Below are positions 24,081 to 32,532 of a DNA stretch of 36,418 bases, one piece after another. The DNA is from Candidatus Magasanikiibacteriota bacterium (lineage in GTDB: Bacteria > Patescibacteriota > Patescibacteriia > Magasanikbacterales > GWA2-37-8). Both the position numbers and the translations under genes were made by a program. The notes beneath the pieces are model-generated. The model was not told the origin of the DNA, made no database searches, and saw nothing but the letters and a program-made list of their open reading frames with translations. Numbering within the stretch: the stretch's first letter is position 1; every line of letters starts with the position of its first letter. Location of the stretch: contig JAPLWQ010000003.1 of assembly GCA_026396515.1 (NCBI GenBank), forward strand, positions 357,569 through 393,986, read 5' to 3'.

Positions 24081-24882
24081 AGCTGAAAAATTAATTAACG
24101 ACTATTTTAACCTTCCTTTTGAAGGCCTGTCCGGAATACGCTGCCCGTATTTTAATAACACCAGGCGGCGCGCCCGCGGACAATTGCGGGGGTTGATAGG
24201 CAAGGGTACGCCTGAAGAAATAGTCGAGGAAGCAAAAATAATTTCTACACAATACCGGCATAATATTTTTGATAAGGACGGTTTTTGCTGTATTCACGCC
24301 GCTCACAGCGATGAAGAAAAAAATGATGACGTGAGAAAATTTTTAATTGACAACGACCTCGGCATTGATTGCTCGGGATTTATCAGCCAGGCGCTCATTG
24401 CTCATTATAAGGAAACAAAAAATATTAATATTGCTAAAAATTTTTATTTTTGGCCTTTAAAAAATTTTTGGCGACGACTGGTTGCACGGCTCCGTCCGGT
24501 TGAAAACATGTCGGTGAGCGTGATAGCAAAAGATGAAAATTCGTTAAAAATTGCCGACGGACGGGAAACGTATGACTGGTCAAAATTGCAGCCAGCCGAC
24601 CTTATATTTATGATGGAAACAGGACCGAACAAAAAGCGAAATCATATTTTAATTATTGAAGATAACGAAGGCTCAATAATTAAATATGCCCACTCCCGGG
24701 CCTGGTCGTCTGACGGTAAGTACGGGCACGGCGTGGCTCGCGGAGTTATACGAATAACCAAATTGGCCGGCAATATGCTGGACCAAACTTGGGAAGAGCA
24801 AGGAAAAACAAATGATGAAAATGAAACTTATCGCGAAGCCAGTGAGGCGAAAATATTTGAAGTCCGACGTATAAAAATTTAA
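24067..24882 (+). CDS. NlpC/P60-family cysteine peptidase/amidase without a signal peptide
   Basis: Catalytic Cys motif GIDCSGFISQAL. Downstream PADLIFM...NHILII...YAHS matches the His and polar residues of the papain-like NlpC/P60 triad. It overlaps the upstream gene by 14 nt. Confidence 0.7.
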   Translation: MLSPKAEKLINDYFNLPFEGLSGIRCPYFNNTRRRARGQLRGLIGKGTPEEIVEEAKIISTQYRHNIFDKDGFCCIHAAHSDEEKNDDVRKFLIDNDLGIDCSGFISQALIAHYKETKNINIAKNFYFWPLKNFWRRLVARLRPVENMSVSVIAKDENSLKIADGRETYDWSKLQPADLIFMMETGPNKKRNHILIIEDNEGSIIKYAHSRAWSSDGKYGHGVARGVIRITKLAGNMLDQTWEEQGKTNDENETYREASEAKIFEVRRIKI

Positions 24883-24891
24883 CATTCATCT

Positions 24892-26031
24892 ATGCAGATA
24901 ATGTCGTGCGAACCATTTTCACCCCAGCTTCTGGAACAGGCGCTGTTATATTTAATTTGCGCGACAATCGGCGCCTTTGTTTTAGCCCCTCTTTTAACAA
25001 AATTTTTATACAAATTCAATATTACGCGCCGCGGAGAATATGATTTTACTTTGCGCGGATCCGAACGGTCGCAAAAAATTGGCACGCCAATAATGGGCGG
25101 CATTTTGGTAATAATTACTGTTACAATAATCACATTATTATTTAATTGGGAACGAAGTTATACTTATGTGCCAATCGGCGTGATGGCAATATCGGCGCTG
25201 CTTGGAGCAGCAGACGATCTTCTGAATATCTTTGGCGCAAAACGGCGCGAACGCAGCTTAAAGAATACCTGGCTTTTGGTTAAAGTTCACAGAATTTGGT
25301 ATATGCGCGTGCTTCACGCCTTGAGTCTGCCTTGGGTGGCATTCCGGCAATTTACTTCGGCTCTCGGCTCGCACCCGGGCCGTGGCATTCAAGTACACGA
25401 AAAACTATTAATGCAATTCATTGCAGGCGCCGTGACGGCCTGGTGGATATACTTTAAACTCGGTGAAAACTGGCGTTCGCTCTGGCTGCCGTTCGATGGG
25501 GAAGTTTCTTTAAGCTGGTGGATTATCCCACTGGTTATTTTACTTGTAATGTTTACGGCAAATGCTGTAAATATCGCTGACGGCCTGGACGGCCTGGCCG
25601 GCGGCGCGCTGATTATGACTTTTTCCGGGCTAACCGCAATAAGCTGGATAGAAGGGCGCGTAGCTTTTACTCTTCTCAATGCTACGGCGGTTGGCGCGCT
25701 CATTGCTTACACTTATTTCAATATTAAACCGGCCCGCTTTCAAATGGGCGACGTGGGCACGCTGGGGCTGGGGGCGCTTTTCGCAATCAACGCCATTGCC
25801 GTGAATAAAACAATTCTCATTCCCCTGCTGGGTTTTATTTTTTATGTGGAAGCGATTTCCGTGATAATCCAAGTATTTTACCGCCGTCTGCTCGGCCGCC
25901 GCTTTTTCAAAATGGCTCCTCTGCACCATCACTTTGAATTCCACGGCTGGAGCGAAGAAAAAATCGTTATGCGCTTTTGGCTGATTCATCTGTTTTTCGT
26001 GGTTGTGGCAGTGTGGCTATCCCTGCATTAA
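24892..26031 (+). CDS. mraY: Phospho-N-acetylmuramoyl-pentapeptide transferase MraY
   Basis: Motifs NAVNIADGLDGLA, MGDVGTLGLGA and APLHHHFE, with about 10 TM segments. Confidence 0.9.
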   Translation: MQIMSCEPFSPQLLEQALLYLICATIGAFVLAPLLTKFLYKFNITRRGEYDFTLRGSERSQKIGTPIMGGILVIITVTIITLLFNWERSYTYVPIGVMAISALLGAADDLLNIFGAKRRERSLKNTWLLVKVHRIWYMRVLHALSLPWVAFRQFTSALGSHPGRGIQVHEKLLMQFIAGAVTAWWIYFKLGENWRSLWLPFDGEVSLSWWIIPLVILLVMFTANAVNIADGLDGLAGGALIMTFSGLTAISWIEGRVAFTLLNATAVGALIAYTYFNIKPARFQMGDVGTLGLGALFAINAIAVNKTILIPLLGFIFYVEAISVIIQVFYRRLLGRRFFKMAPLHHHFEFHGWSEEKIVMRFWLIHLFFVVVAVWLSLH

Positions 26032-26071
26032 GTATATAGATGGTTCGTTATGCAAAATAATTTCTTTAAAC

Positions 26072-26746
26072 ATGGACGGATACTTATCCTGGGATGACAA
26101 TACAATTACTGATTTCTCCGAAGCGAATGTGAGCGCAATGTATGAACGCGGTTTTGTTTTTACCCGACTTGGCAAAGGACAGATGACGCAAACAAGAAGC
26201 GTGCGGGTGGATTTGAGCAAATTTGAACTCAACAGTGAAAACCGCCGTATTTTACGCAAGGTGGATAATATTGAACTTAATATTGAAACACTCCCCCATC
26301 CAAATTATGATTGGCGCATACACAAGCTCGGTTTTGATTTCTATACCGCAAAATTCGGCCCAAAAACTTTTTCCGCCAATAAAATCAAAGAGCTTTTAAC
26401 AAGCAACGAAAGCAATTACAACAAATTATTCGTTTATCAATTTAATAACGCGCCGGTCGGTTATTGCATTTGTTTTGAGAATAACAATTGGCTTCATTAT
26501 GGTTATCCTTTTTATGACTTGAACTCTAAAATCGATAATCTTGGCATCGGTATGATGACAAAAGCGATCGCTTGGGCTAAAGAAAACAGTAAAAAATATG
26601 TCTGTCTGGGCAGCGCCCAAAACCCATCCGCAGTTTATAAACTGCAATTTGCCGGCGTGGAATGGTTCGACGGGCAAACCTGGCGTTCTGATGCGGAAGA
26701 ATTAAAAAAGATTCTATTAACCGGATCCCCGCTTGCGCGAGGATGA
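26072..26746 (+). CDS. ATE/Bpt-family (arginyl- or leucyl-tRNA--protein transferase-like) GNAT-fold protein
   Basis: The C-terminal half VGYCICFENNNWLHYGYPFYDLNSKIDNLGIGMMTKAIAWAKENSKKYVCLGSAQNPSAVYKLQFAGVEWFDGQTW follows the ATE_C pattern (..Y.FYDP...SLG...L..I..A......Y.YLGY......K..YK..F.P.E.....W). The N-terminal GFVFTRLG...RVDLSKFELNSENRRILRK matches ATE_N but lacks the Cys residues. I chose ATG 26072 because the ORF-track start at 26003 overlaps mraY. Confidence 0.65.
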   Translation: MDGYLSWDDNTITDFSEANVSAMYERGFVFTRLGKGQMTQTRSVRVDLSKFELNSENRRILRKVDNIELNIETLPHPNYDWRIHKLGFDFYTAKFGPKTFSANKIKELLTSNESNYNKLFVYQFNNAPVGYCICFENNNWLHYGYPFYDLNSKIDNLGIGMMTKAIAWAKENSKKYVCLGSAQNPSAVYKLQFAGVEWFDGQTWRSDAEELKKILLTGSPLARG

Positions 26747-28131
26747 CACGGAATATTATGAGACATATTCACTTCATCGGAATCTGCGGCGTCGGTATGA
26801 GCGCCCTCGCGATTCTTTGGAAAAAGATGGGTTGGAAAGTAACCGGTTCTGACGCCGGATTTTATCCGCCTATATCCACCCATTTGGATCAAAACCAAAT
26901 CGATTTTTACGCCGGCTGGCATCCTGAAAAAATTGGCACGCCGGATTTGGTTGTGGTCGGCAATGTCGCCGGGTCGGAAAATCCGGAATGGCTATTCGTA
27001 CAGGAGCATAATATTAAGCACATTTCATACCCGGAATTAATCGGACAAAATTTGGTAAGGAAAAATTCAATTGTCTGCGCCGGCACCTGGGGCAAGACTT
27101 CTACCACCGCTTTACTTTCATACATTTTAACCCGGGCGGACTACAAACCCGCCTATATGTTTGGCGGTCTCTCCCTTAGCCTGCCATATGCGGCTGACGA
27201 TTTGGGCGGCGATTGGAGTGTGCTTGAAGGCGATGAATACAAAACCGGCAAAGACAACCCCATGGCAAAATTCTTTTCATATAAACCGACTTATTTGCTT
27301 CTTACCGGTCTTGAGTGGGATCACTTCGATATGTATCCGACGGAAGAATCATATTATGGCGCCTTTAAAAAGCTGATGAAATTATTGCCGGAAAACGGAC
27401 TGGTGCTCGCTTGCACCAACAGCGAAAACATTGAACGCGTACTTCCTGAAACGAACGCAAAGGTAATCAGATACGGAACCGATAACGCAGACTACATATT
27501 TAGCGAAGTGACATGCGGAAAAGACGGAATTTCTTTTAAAATTTCCAGCGGCGGAGCGACAAATGAAATTAAATCGCCAATGCTTGGCGATTATATGGCT
27601 GAAAATATCTGCGGAGCTTTCGCCATGGCGAGCGAAATCGGGGTTGCCAAAGGTACAATTATTGACGCCATCGGAAGCTTTGGCGGAATTAAGCGCCGGT
27701 TGGAAAATCGCGGCAAGACAGCGGAAGGCGCAACAATATTTGACGACATCGCCCACTCACCAATTAAAGCGCGCTCAGTTCTGCAAACGCTAAGAAATAT
27801 TTACAGCGGAAAAATTATCGCAGTTTTCGAACCAAATACCGGCAATCGCCAGGTTTCATCCGCGCCGGGTTATGACAGCAGTTTTTTAAATGCGGACATT
27901 GTCGTAATTCCCCGTCTGACAAAAATAAAAATCGACGAAAAAACCAATGATACGGTTATGGACGGCCAAATGCTAGCAGACATCATTGCGCGAACGCATA
28001 AAACTGTGAAACTTATTAGTGATGACGCACAACTTGTGAAATATTTAAAAACCGCAGCCGGTCCTGAAGACGCAATCGTCTTTTTGGGCAGCCACGGTTT
28101 CAGGGGTATGATTGAGAGCCTGATTGATTAG
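26743..28131 (+). CDS. Mur ligase of the MurC/Mpl branch, Mpl-like (UDP-MurNAc:peptide ligase)
   Basis: HFIGICGVGMSALA, VTGSDAGFYPPISTHL (E. coli Mpl has YPPMST), P-loop GTWGKTSTTA. The start overlaps the upstream stop as ATGA. Confidence 0.75.
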   Translation: MTRNIMRHIHFIGICGVGMSALAILWKKMGWKVTGSDAGFYPPISTHLDQNQIDFYAGWHPEKIGTPDLVVVGNVAGSENPEWLFVQEHNIKHISYPELIGQNLVRKNSIVCAGTWGKTSTTALLSYILTRADYKPAYMFGGLSLSLPYAADDLGGDWSVLEGDEYKTGKDNPMAKFFSYKPTYLLLTGLEWDHFDMYPTEESYYGAFKKLMKLLPENGLVLACTNSENIERVLPETNAKVIRYGTDNADYIFSEVTCGKDGISFKISSGGATNEIKSPMLGDYMAENICGAFAMASEIGVAKGTIIDAIGSFGGIKRRLENRGKTAEGATIFDDIAHSPIKARSVLQTLRNIYSGKIIAVFEPNTGNRQVSSAPGYDSSFLNADIVVIPRLTKIKIDEKTNDTVMDGQMLADIIARTHKTVKLISDDAQLVKYLKTAAGPEDAIVFLGSHGFRGMIESLID

Positions 28132-28293
28132 CTATTTTCCTTCATCAACCACTTCGGCAACGTAGTTTTCTCCGACTTCTTTAACGTTAAGAGTAATTCC
28201 GCAGTGGTTGCATTCAATGATATGGCCATCAGCCAGATCAGGATAGTTAGTCAAATCGATTTCATTCTTACACTCAGGGCAAATGAGTTTCAT
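28132..28293 (-). CDS. 53-aa zinc-ribbon protein of the LysW/ArgW carrier-protein type, without the terminal Glu
   Basis: Manual translation: MKLICPECKNEIDLTNYPDLADGHIIECNHCGITLNVKEVGENYVAEVVDEGK. The CPxC...CxxCG ribbon and acidic tail match the LysW architecture. It is below the ORF-track size cut-off. It has its own TTGACA-N17-TATTAT promoter. Its stop codon abuts the stop codon of the convergent Mur ligase gene. Confidence 0.6.
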   Translation of the reverse strand: MKLICPECKNEIDLTNYPDLADGHIIECNHCGITLNVKEVGENYVAEVVDEGK

Positions 28294-28324
28294 AATATTT
28301 ATTAATTGCTTTGAAAACGATTAC

Positions 28325-28353
28325 ATAATACTACATTTATAATAATTTGTCAA
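28325..28353 (-). promoter_or_regulatory. sigma70 promoter TTGACA-N17-TATTAT for the LysW-like gene
   Basis: The minus strand reads TTGACAaattattataaatgtagTATTAT. The -35 box is at 28353-28348 and the -10 box at 28330-28325. It lies 31 nt upstream of ATG 28293. Confidence 0.6.
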
Positions 28354-28358
28354 CCGTT

Positions 28359-29237
28359 ATGGTTACGCCGCAAATAAAAGCCGAAGAACTTGCACAAGCC
28401 ATCGGTTTGGAAGGAGATCTGTATTTAAAGCGCGAAGATCTTCACCCCTACGGCTCGCATAAAGGCCGTTCAATTCCAAAAATGCTTTCTAAATATGCAG
28501 CCGAAGGATGGAAGAGTTTTGTGATTTCATCTTCCGGCAACGCCGCTCTCGCGGCGGCGATTGTCGTAAAAAAATTGAATCTGGAATTGTCCAATAAAAT
28601 TTTACTGGCCATTTATGTGGGGAAGGATATTAATAATGAAAAATTTGACAGAATTAGTATAGCAATAAAAGACGAAAAAAATATTTCTATTAAACAGGTG
28701 ACGCACCCGAAACACGAGGCATTTTTAGAGGATAAACTCGGCAAAGCAAAAAATTTGCGCCAGTCCACAGATGATATGGCGTTAAAAGGATATGAAGAGT
28801 TGGCCGGTGAACTCGGGGAAATAAAAAAAATATGCGCAATATTTATTCCCACTTCAAGCGGTACAACCGCGCAGGGACTCTATTTGGGCTTTGAGAATCT
28901 TGGCTTGCACCCGCAGATTCATATTGCTCAAACCGATGAATGTCATCCGATAGCGGACGCTTCAGTGCCTTCATCGGGGTCTGCTTCACTGGCCGACGCG
29001 ATTGTCGATAAAATCGGGCATCGAAAAAATGCCATAAACGATCTCATGAAAAAAAGTAATGGCCGGGGATGGATTATATCTAACGAAGAGATACTGGACG
29101 CAATCACATTGGTGAAAAGAACGGAAAATTTGGATATTTCTCCGAACAGCGCTTTGTCTGTGGCCGGATTAAAAAAAGCCGTACAAAACGGCTATTCATT
29201 CGACGGCCCTGTTGTCTGTCTGATTACCGGACTTTAA
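28359..29237 (+). CDS. PLP-dependent fold-type II enzyme (threonine synthase/cysteine synthase superfamily)
   Basis: KREDLHPYGSHKGR contains the PLP-lysine motif (K.E..NP.GS.K.R). SSGNAA and PTSSGTT loops are present. I chose ATG 28359 because the TTG at 28347 overlaps the divergent -35 box. Confidence 0.65.
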   Translation: MVTPQIKAEELAQAIGLEGDLYLKREDLHPYGSHKGRSIPKMLSKYAAEGWKSFVISSSGNAALAAAIVVKKLNLELSNKILLAIYVGKDINNEKFDRISIAIKDEKNISIKQVTHPKHEAFLEDKLGKAKNLRQSTDDMALKGYEELAGELGEIKKICAIFIPTSSGTTAQGLYLGFENLGLHPQIHIAQTDECHPIADASVPSSGSASLADAIVDKIGHRKNAINDLMKKSNGRGWIISNEEILDAITLVKRTENLDISPNSALSVAGLKKAVQNGYSFDGPVVCLITGL

Positions 29238-29244
29238 TACCTCA

Positions 29245-31293
29245 TCATAAATTTATCACGGCAATATCCATTTTGCCGTCAAAATTGACATCAACAGTGC
29301 CAACCATCGCCCCGGCGGATCCTAAAAGCCCGCTGGGTATAAATTCAGACAACTTCTTTCCGGTACCGTCAAATACCCTTATCGGCATTTTCTTTACTGA
29401 CATGGCACTAACGATAATCTCATCTCTCCCGTCCCCGGTTATATCGCCGGTTGCCACGTAAATTCCACCTTTGAAGGTTTTATCATATGGGTAAAAACGC
29501 TTTTTTAATATTGAAATGCGATTGTCATAGATTAGTACTTCCGCCGGCTTGCCTTTGCCCACACCAACAACTACACTGCCTGGTTTGCCAGGACCATCCA
29601 GTTGAGCGGCAGCCACAGAAAAACCGCCGACATATTTTTTCGGGTCAAACGGCGTATAACCGCCCTGCATAACCGCTCCATGATAATTGTACATCATTAT
29701 ATTATTGCCAAAACTTGGAGAAATTACGATTTGGTTCTCTGCTTGTTTTTCAAATAATTTATTAACTGAAATTCTGATATCCCCCTTAAAATTTCCGCCG
29801 AACGGATAATCACTAAACCAATGCTCTCCCTGACTGTTAAATATTTCAAGCTTTGATCCGCTTGCCACTATTGTTTCCTCATCTCCGGCGTTGTCGATAT
29901 CGGAAAAAAGGATTCGCGCTCCACCCGGGTACCGGGCATCATAGGCAAAAAATCCGTTACGCACTCTTTGCCCAAGATAATCTACAAATCTGACAAACGC
30001 GCCATTCACAAAAACCAAATCTTTAACTGTCTGATAGGTTTTTAGCATGAGCAGGCCGTCTTTTGCCGCCACTTTAATTTTACTGACGATCCCGCCATTA
30101 TTTACTTTAGGATCTTGTGTGCCGATCAGTTTTTCAAACTCTCCGCCCAGGTCAACCTCTTTTTCTTCTGCCAATGAATTAACAACAGCCAAGCCATTGG
30201 TAAATTCTCGCCGCCAAACATCTTTGTAATATCCACTACCGCCGTTCATGGGTGTGGCTACGCCCATGGGGGCTCCAAGGTTCACATTATATTCATCATA
30301 CCACCATTTTTCAGAGTGGCTTTGTGAACCGGCGTCATAGCTAAAATATCCGTTTTCCATAAGTGAACTGGCCAAACCAAAACGCACTTTAGTATAATCG
30401 GTCTGCGCTTTTGTCGGGTCGGCTGAAGTGTTGCCAAGTATGGCGACTTTCGGCTCGCGGCTGGTATTGGCCGACAGGCCATAAAGCCTCATTTTTTCCT
30501 CCCAGGAAATATAGCCGTTGGTGGAAAAATTTTCAAAATATATTCCGTTGATATCGCCGTAATATCCTTTGTCGCCATTACCCACAATAATTAACGGCTG
30601 TTTGTATTTTTCACGCGTCAATTTAAAAAGTTTGCTCATACCGGATTGCCAAGCGCTGTCCAAGTCGGCCGCTCTATCATTTTGGCCGTCGCGATTAGAA
30701 TCAATCGCTCCGCCGTTCAGCCAAGAAATATTTGCCCAAGTATTATCATAAAATACGCCGTCCCATAAACCGGACGAAAGAAGCTCATTTACCACAAAAT
30801 CTGATAAATAGTCATTCCATCGTCGGCCATTTGTCTGATAATCGGTGACATTAAGCATCCAGGCGGTATCCCAAAAAACGACGTGGGCCCCCCCGCCGTC
30901 GCGCAACCACATGTCATCAGAAATGCCGCTGAGCAGGCGTTTAAACAAACCGTTTGGACTGCGATCCCATTCAGCGTGTTTATTTATCGGAAATTCCTGT
31001 GAAGTAATATATACGAGTATTTTTATTTCCGGATTTATTTGCCTAATTTGGCGAATTTGCTCCGCACTATTTTGCTGAGCGAGCATGTGTAGAATTAATA
31101 CGTCCCATCTTGCCAAGAGCGGCACGTCGCTTTGACGAATGGGAGAATAGAGATAAAGGCTTGCCAGCCTCGGATATTCATTAGCGCTTTGCGCTTTTAC
31201 CGGTCCGTTTTGCGGTAAAAGACTTAAAAAAACAACCACCATTAGTATTAGCGACAAAAATTTTTTAGATTGTCGCGAAAAAGCGGCTGCCAT
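29245..31293 (-). CDS. Secreted protein: an N-terminal glycoside-hydrolase-like TIM-barrel region plus C-terminal FG-GAP/VCBS-like repeats
   Basis: Signal peptide FLSLILMVVVFLSLLPQNGPVKAQS. C-terminal Ca-binding-type repeats are SDIDNAGDEETIV, GDITGDGRDEIIV and VDVNFDGKMDIAV. The GHL assignment of the N-terminal region is tentative. Confidence 0.6.
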   Translation of the reverse strand: MAAAFSRQSKKFLSLILMVVVFLSLLPQNGPVKAQSANEYPRLASLYLYSPIRQSDVPLLARWDVLILHMLAQQNSAEQIRQIRQINPEIKILVYITSQEFPINKHAEWDRSPNGLFKRLLSGISDDMWLRDGGGAHVVFWDTAWMLNVTDYQTNGRRWNDYLSDFVVNELLSSGLWDGVFYDNTWANISWLNGGAIDSNRDGQNDRAADLDSAWQSGMSKLFKLTREKYKQPLIIVGNGDKGYYGDINGIYFENFSTNGYISWEEKMRLYGLSANTSREPKVAILGNTSADPTKAQTDYTKVRFGLASSLMENGYFSYDAGSQSHSEKWWYDEYNVNLGAPMGVATPMNGGSGYYKDVWRREFTNGLAVVNSLAEEKEVDLGGEFEKLIGTQDPKVNNGGIVSKIKVAAKDGLLMLKTYQTVKDLVFVNGAFVRFVDYLGQRVRNGFFAYDARYPGGARILFSDIDNAGDEETIVASGSKLEIFNSQGEHWFSDYPFGGNFKGDIRISVNKLFEKQAENQIVISPSFGNNIMMYNYHGAVMQGGYTPFDPKKYVGGFSVAAAQLDGPGKPGSVVVGVGKGKPAEVLIYDNRISILKKRFYPYDKTFKGGIYVATGDITGDGRDEIIVSAMSVKKMPIRVFDGTGKKLSEFIPSGLLGSAGAMVGTVDVNFDGKMDIAVINL

Positions 31294-31302
31294 ATGCTTT
31301 AA

Positions 31303-32532
31303 CTATTTTACTGATGCTTGAGCTTTGCGAAAAACATTTATCAAGTCAGGATAATATAGTTCCGGTAAGTGATGACCCGACATATATTCCACCGCATTTT
31401 GACGGTAAGAAATATCGGTAATTTTTTTCAACGCATCCGTAAATTCACCGTTATTTATATCAACGGACAACCCGGCGCCGGAATTTTTAATCAGTTCCGG
31501 CAAAGCGCCAAATTTGGAAGTTATGATCGGCACGCTCTGCGACCACGCTTCAATCGCCACCAACCCGAAGATTTCATGCCACTGACTCGGGATAATTAAA
31601 GCGGTCATTTGGCGCAAATATTTGGAAATATCTTCGCGCTTCATGGCGCCGTGTAAAAAAATATTTTTTGCATTTGCGCTATTTATAATATTATTCAGAC
31701 GCGCCAAAAGCGGTCCATCGCCAAATACATGCAAAGAATAAGGAAACTTTTCACTTACCCATTTTTCGACTAGTATCACAATGCCTTTCTCTTCATTTAA
31801 ACGTCCGATATAAGCAAAGGCCGGATCTTTTGGCGCCGATACCGCCGCTTCTACCCGCTTTATGGATGAAGGTAAAAAATGAGGAATGACTGCAATTTTA
31901 CCGGCCGGAAAACCCCATTTGATAAACATCTGTTTAACAAATTCGCTCGGCGCAATATATGAATCCACATATTCTTCGTAATATTTCTTGGCGTGATGAA
32001 TATATGCTTCCATCGAAGCCAGCGCGCTTTGCATCGGAGACCGGTGAATGCACAAGTGGCGGGCGCATTGGTGGTAGTGGCCGCCGTGACATCGTTCGCA
32101 AACAGCGCCTTCCGTAAACATCAAATAGTTAGGACAAAGCGGTTTCCAGTCATGGATTGTCATAATCACCGGAATCTTTTCTTTCTTCAATACAGATAGA
32201 ACCGATGGCGACAAATGATGATAAATCAAATGCAGGTGAGCGACATCCGGCCGCTCGTCTTTAATCAGGCGCTTTAACTTTCTTGCCGCTTCGCAGGAAT
32301 ATATTACGCGCAGCGGTTGAAGAAGCGAACGGAAATTAAACGAACCAAACTCAATATTTGAAACAAAATATTTGGAATACGGCGTCGGCTCGTTCCGCTT
32401 ATCTTTCATTGAGAAAACCGAGACCGAATCCCCTTTTGTCCGTAAAATATCGCACAAATCCAAAAAATGATGGTCAGCGCCGCCGCGGCGATAATAAAAT
32501 TTATTAATCTCTAATATTTTCATACTTAACAA
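31303..32532 (-). CDS. Family 4 (GT-B) glycosyltransferase
   Basis: The C-terminal EIFGLVAIEAWSQSVPIITSKFGALPELI matches the E-x7-E motif region of glycosyl transferases group 1. An alternative start is MKILEINK at 32523. Confidence 0.8.
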   Translation of the reverse strand: MLSMKILEINKFYYRRGGADHHFLDLCDILRTKGDSVSVFSMKDKRNEPTPYSKYFVSNIEFGSFNFRSLLQPLRVIYSCEAARKLKRLIKDERPDVAHLHLIYHHLSPSVLSVLKKEKIPVIMTIHDWKPLCPNYLMFTEGAVCERCHGGHYHQCARHLCIHRSPMQSALASMEAYIHHAKKYYEEYVDSYIAPSEFVKQMFIKWGFPAGKIAVIPHFLPSSIKRVEAAVSAPKDPAFAYIGRLNEEKGIVILVEKWVSEKFPYSLHVFGDGPLLARLNNIINSANAKNIFLHGAMKREDISKYLRQMTALIIPSQWHEIFGLVAIEAWSQSVPIITSKFGALPELIKNSGAGLSVDINNGEFTDALKKITDISYRQNAVEYMSGHHLPELYYPDLINVFRKAQASVK

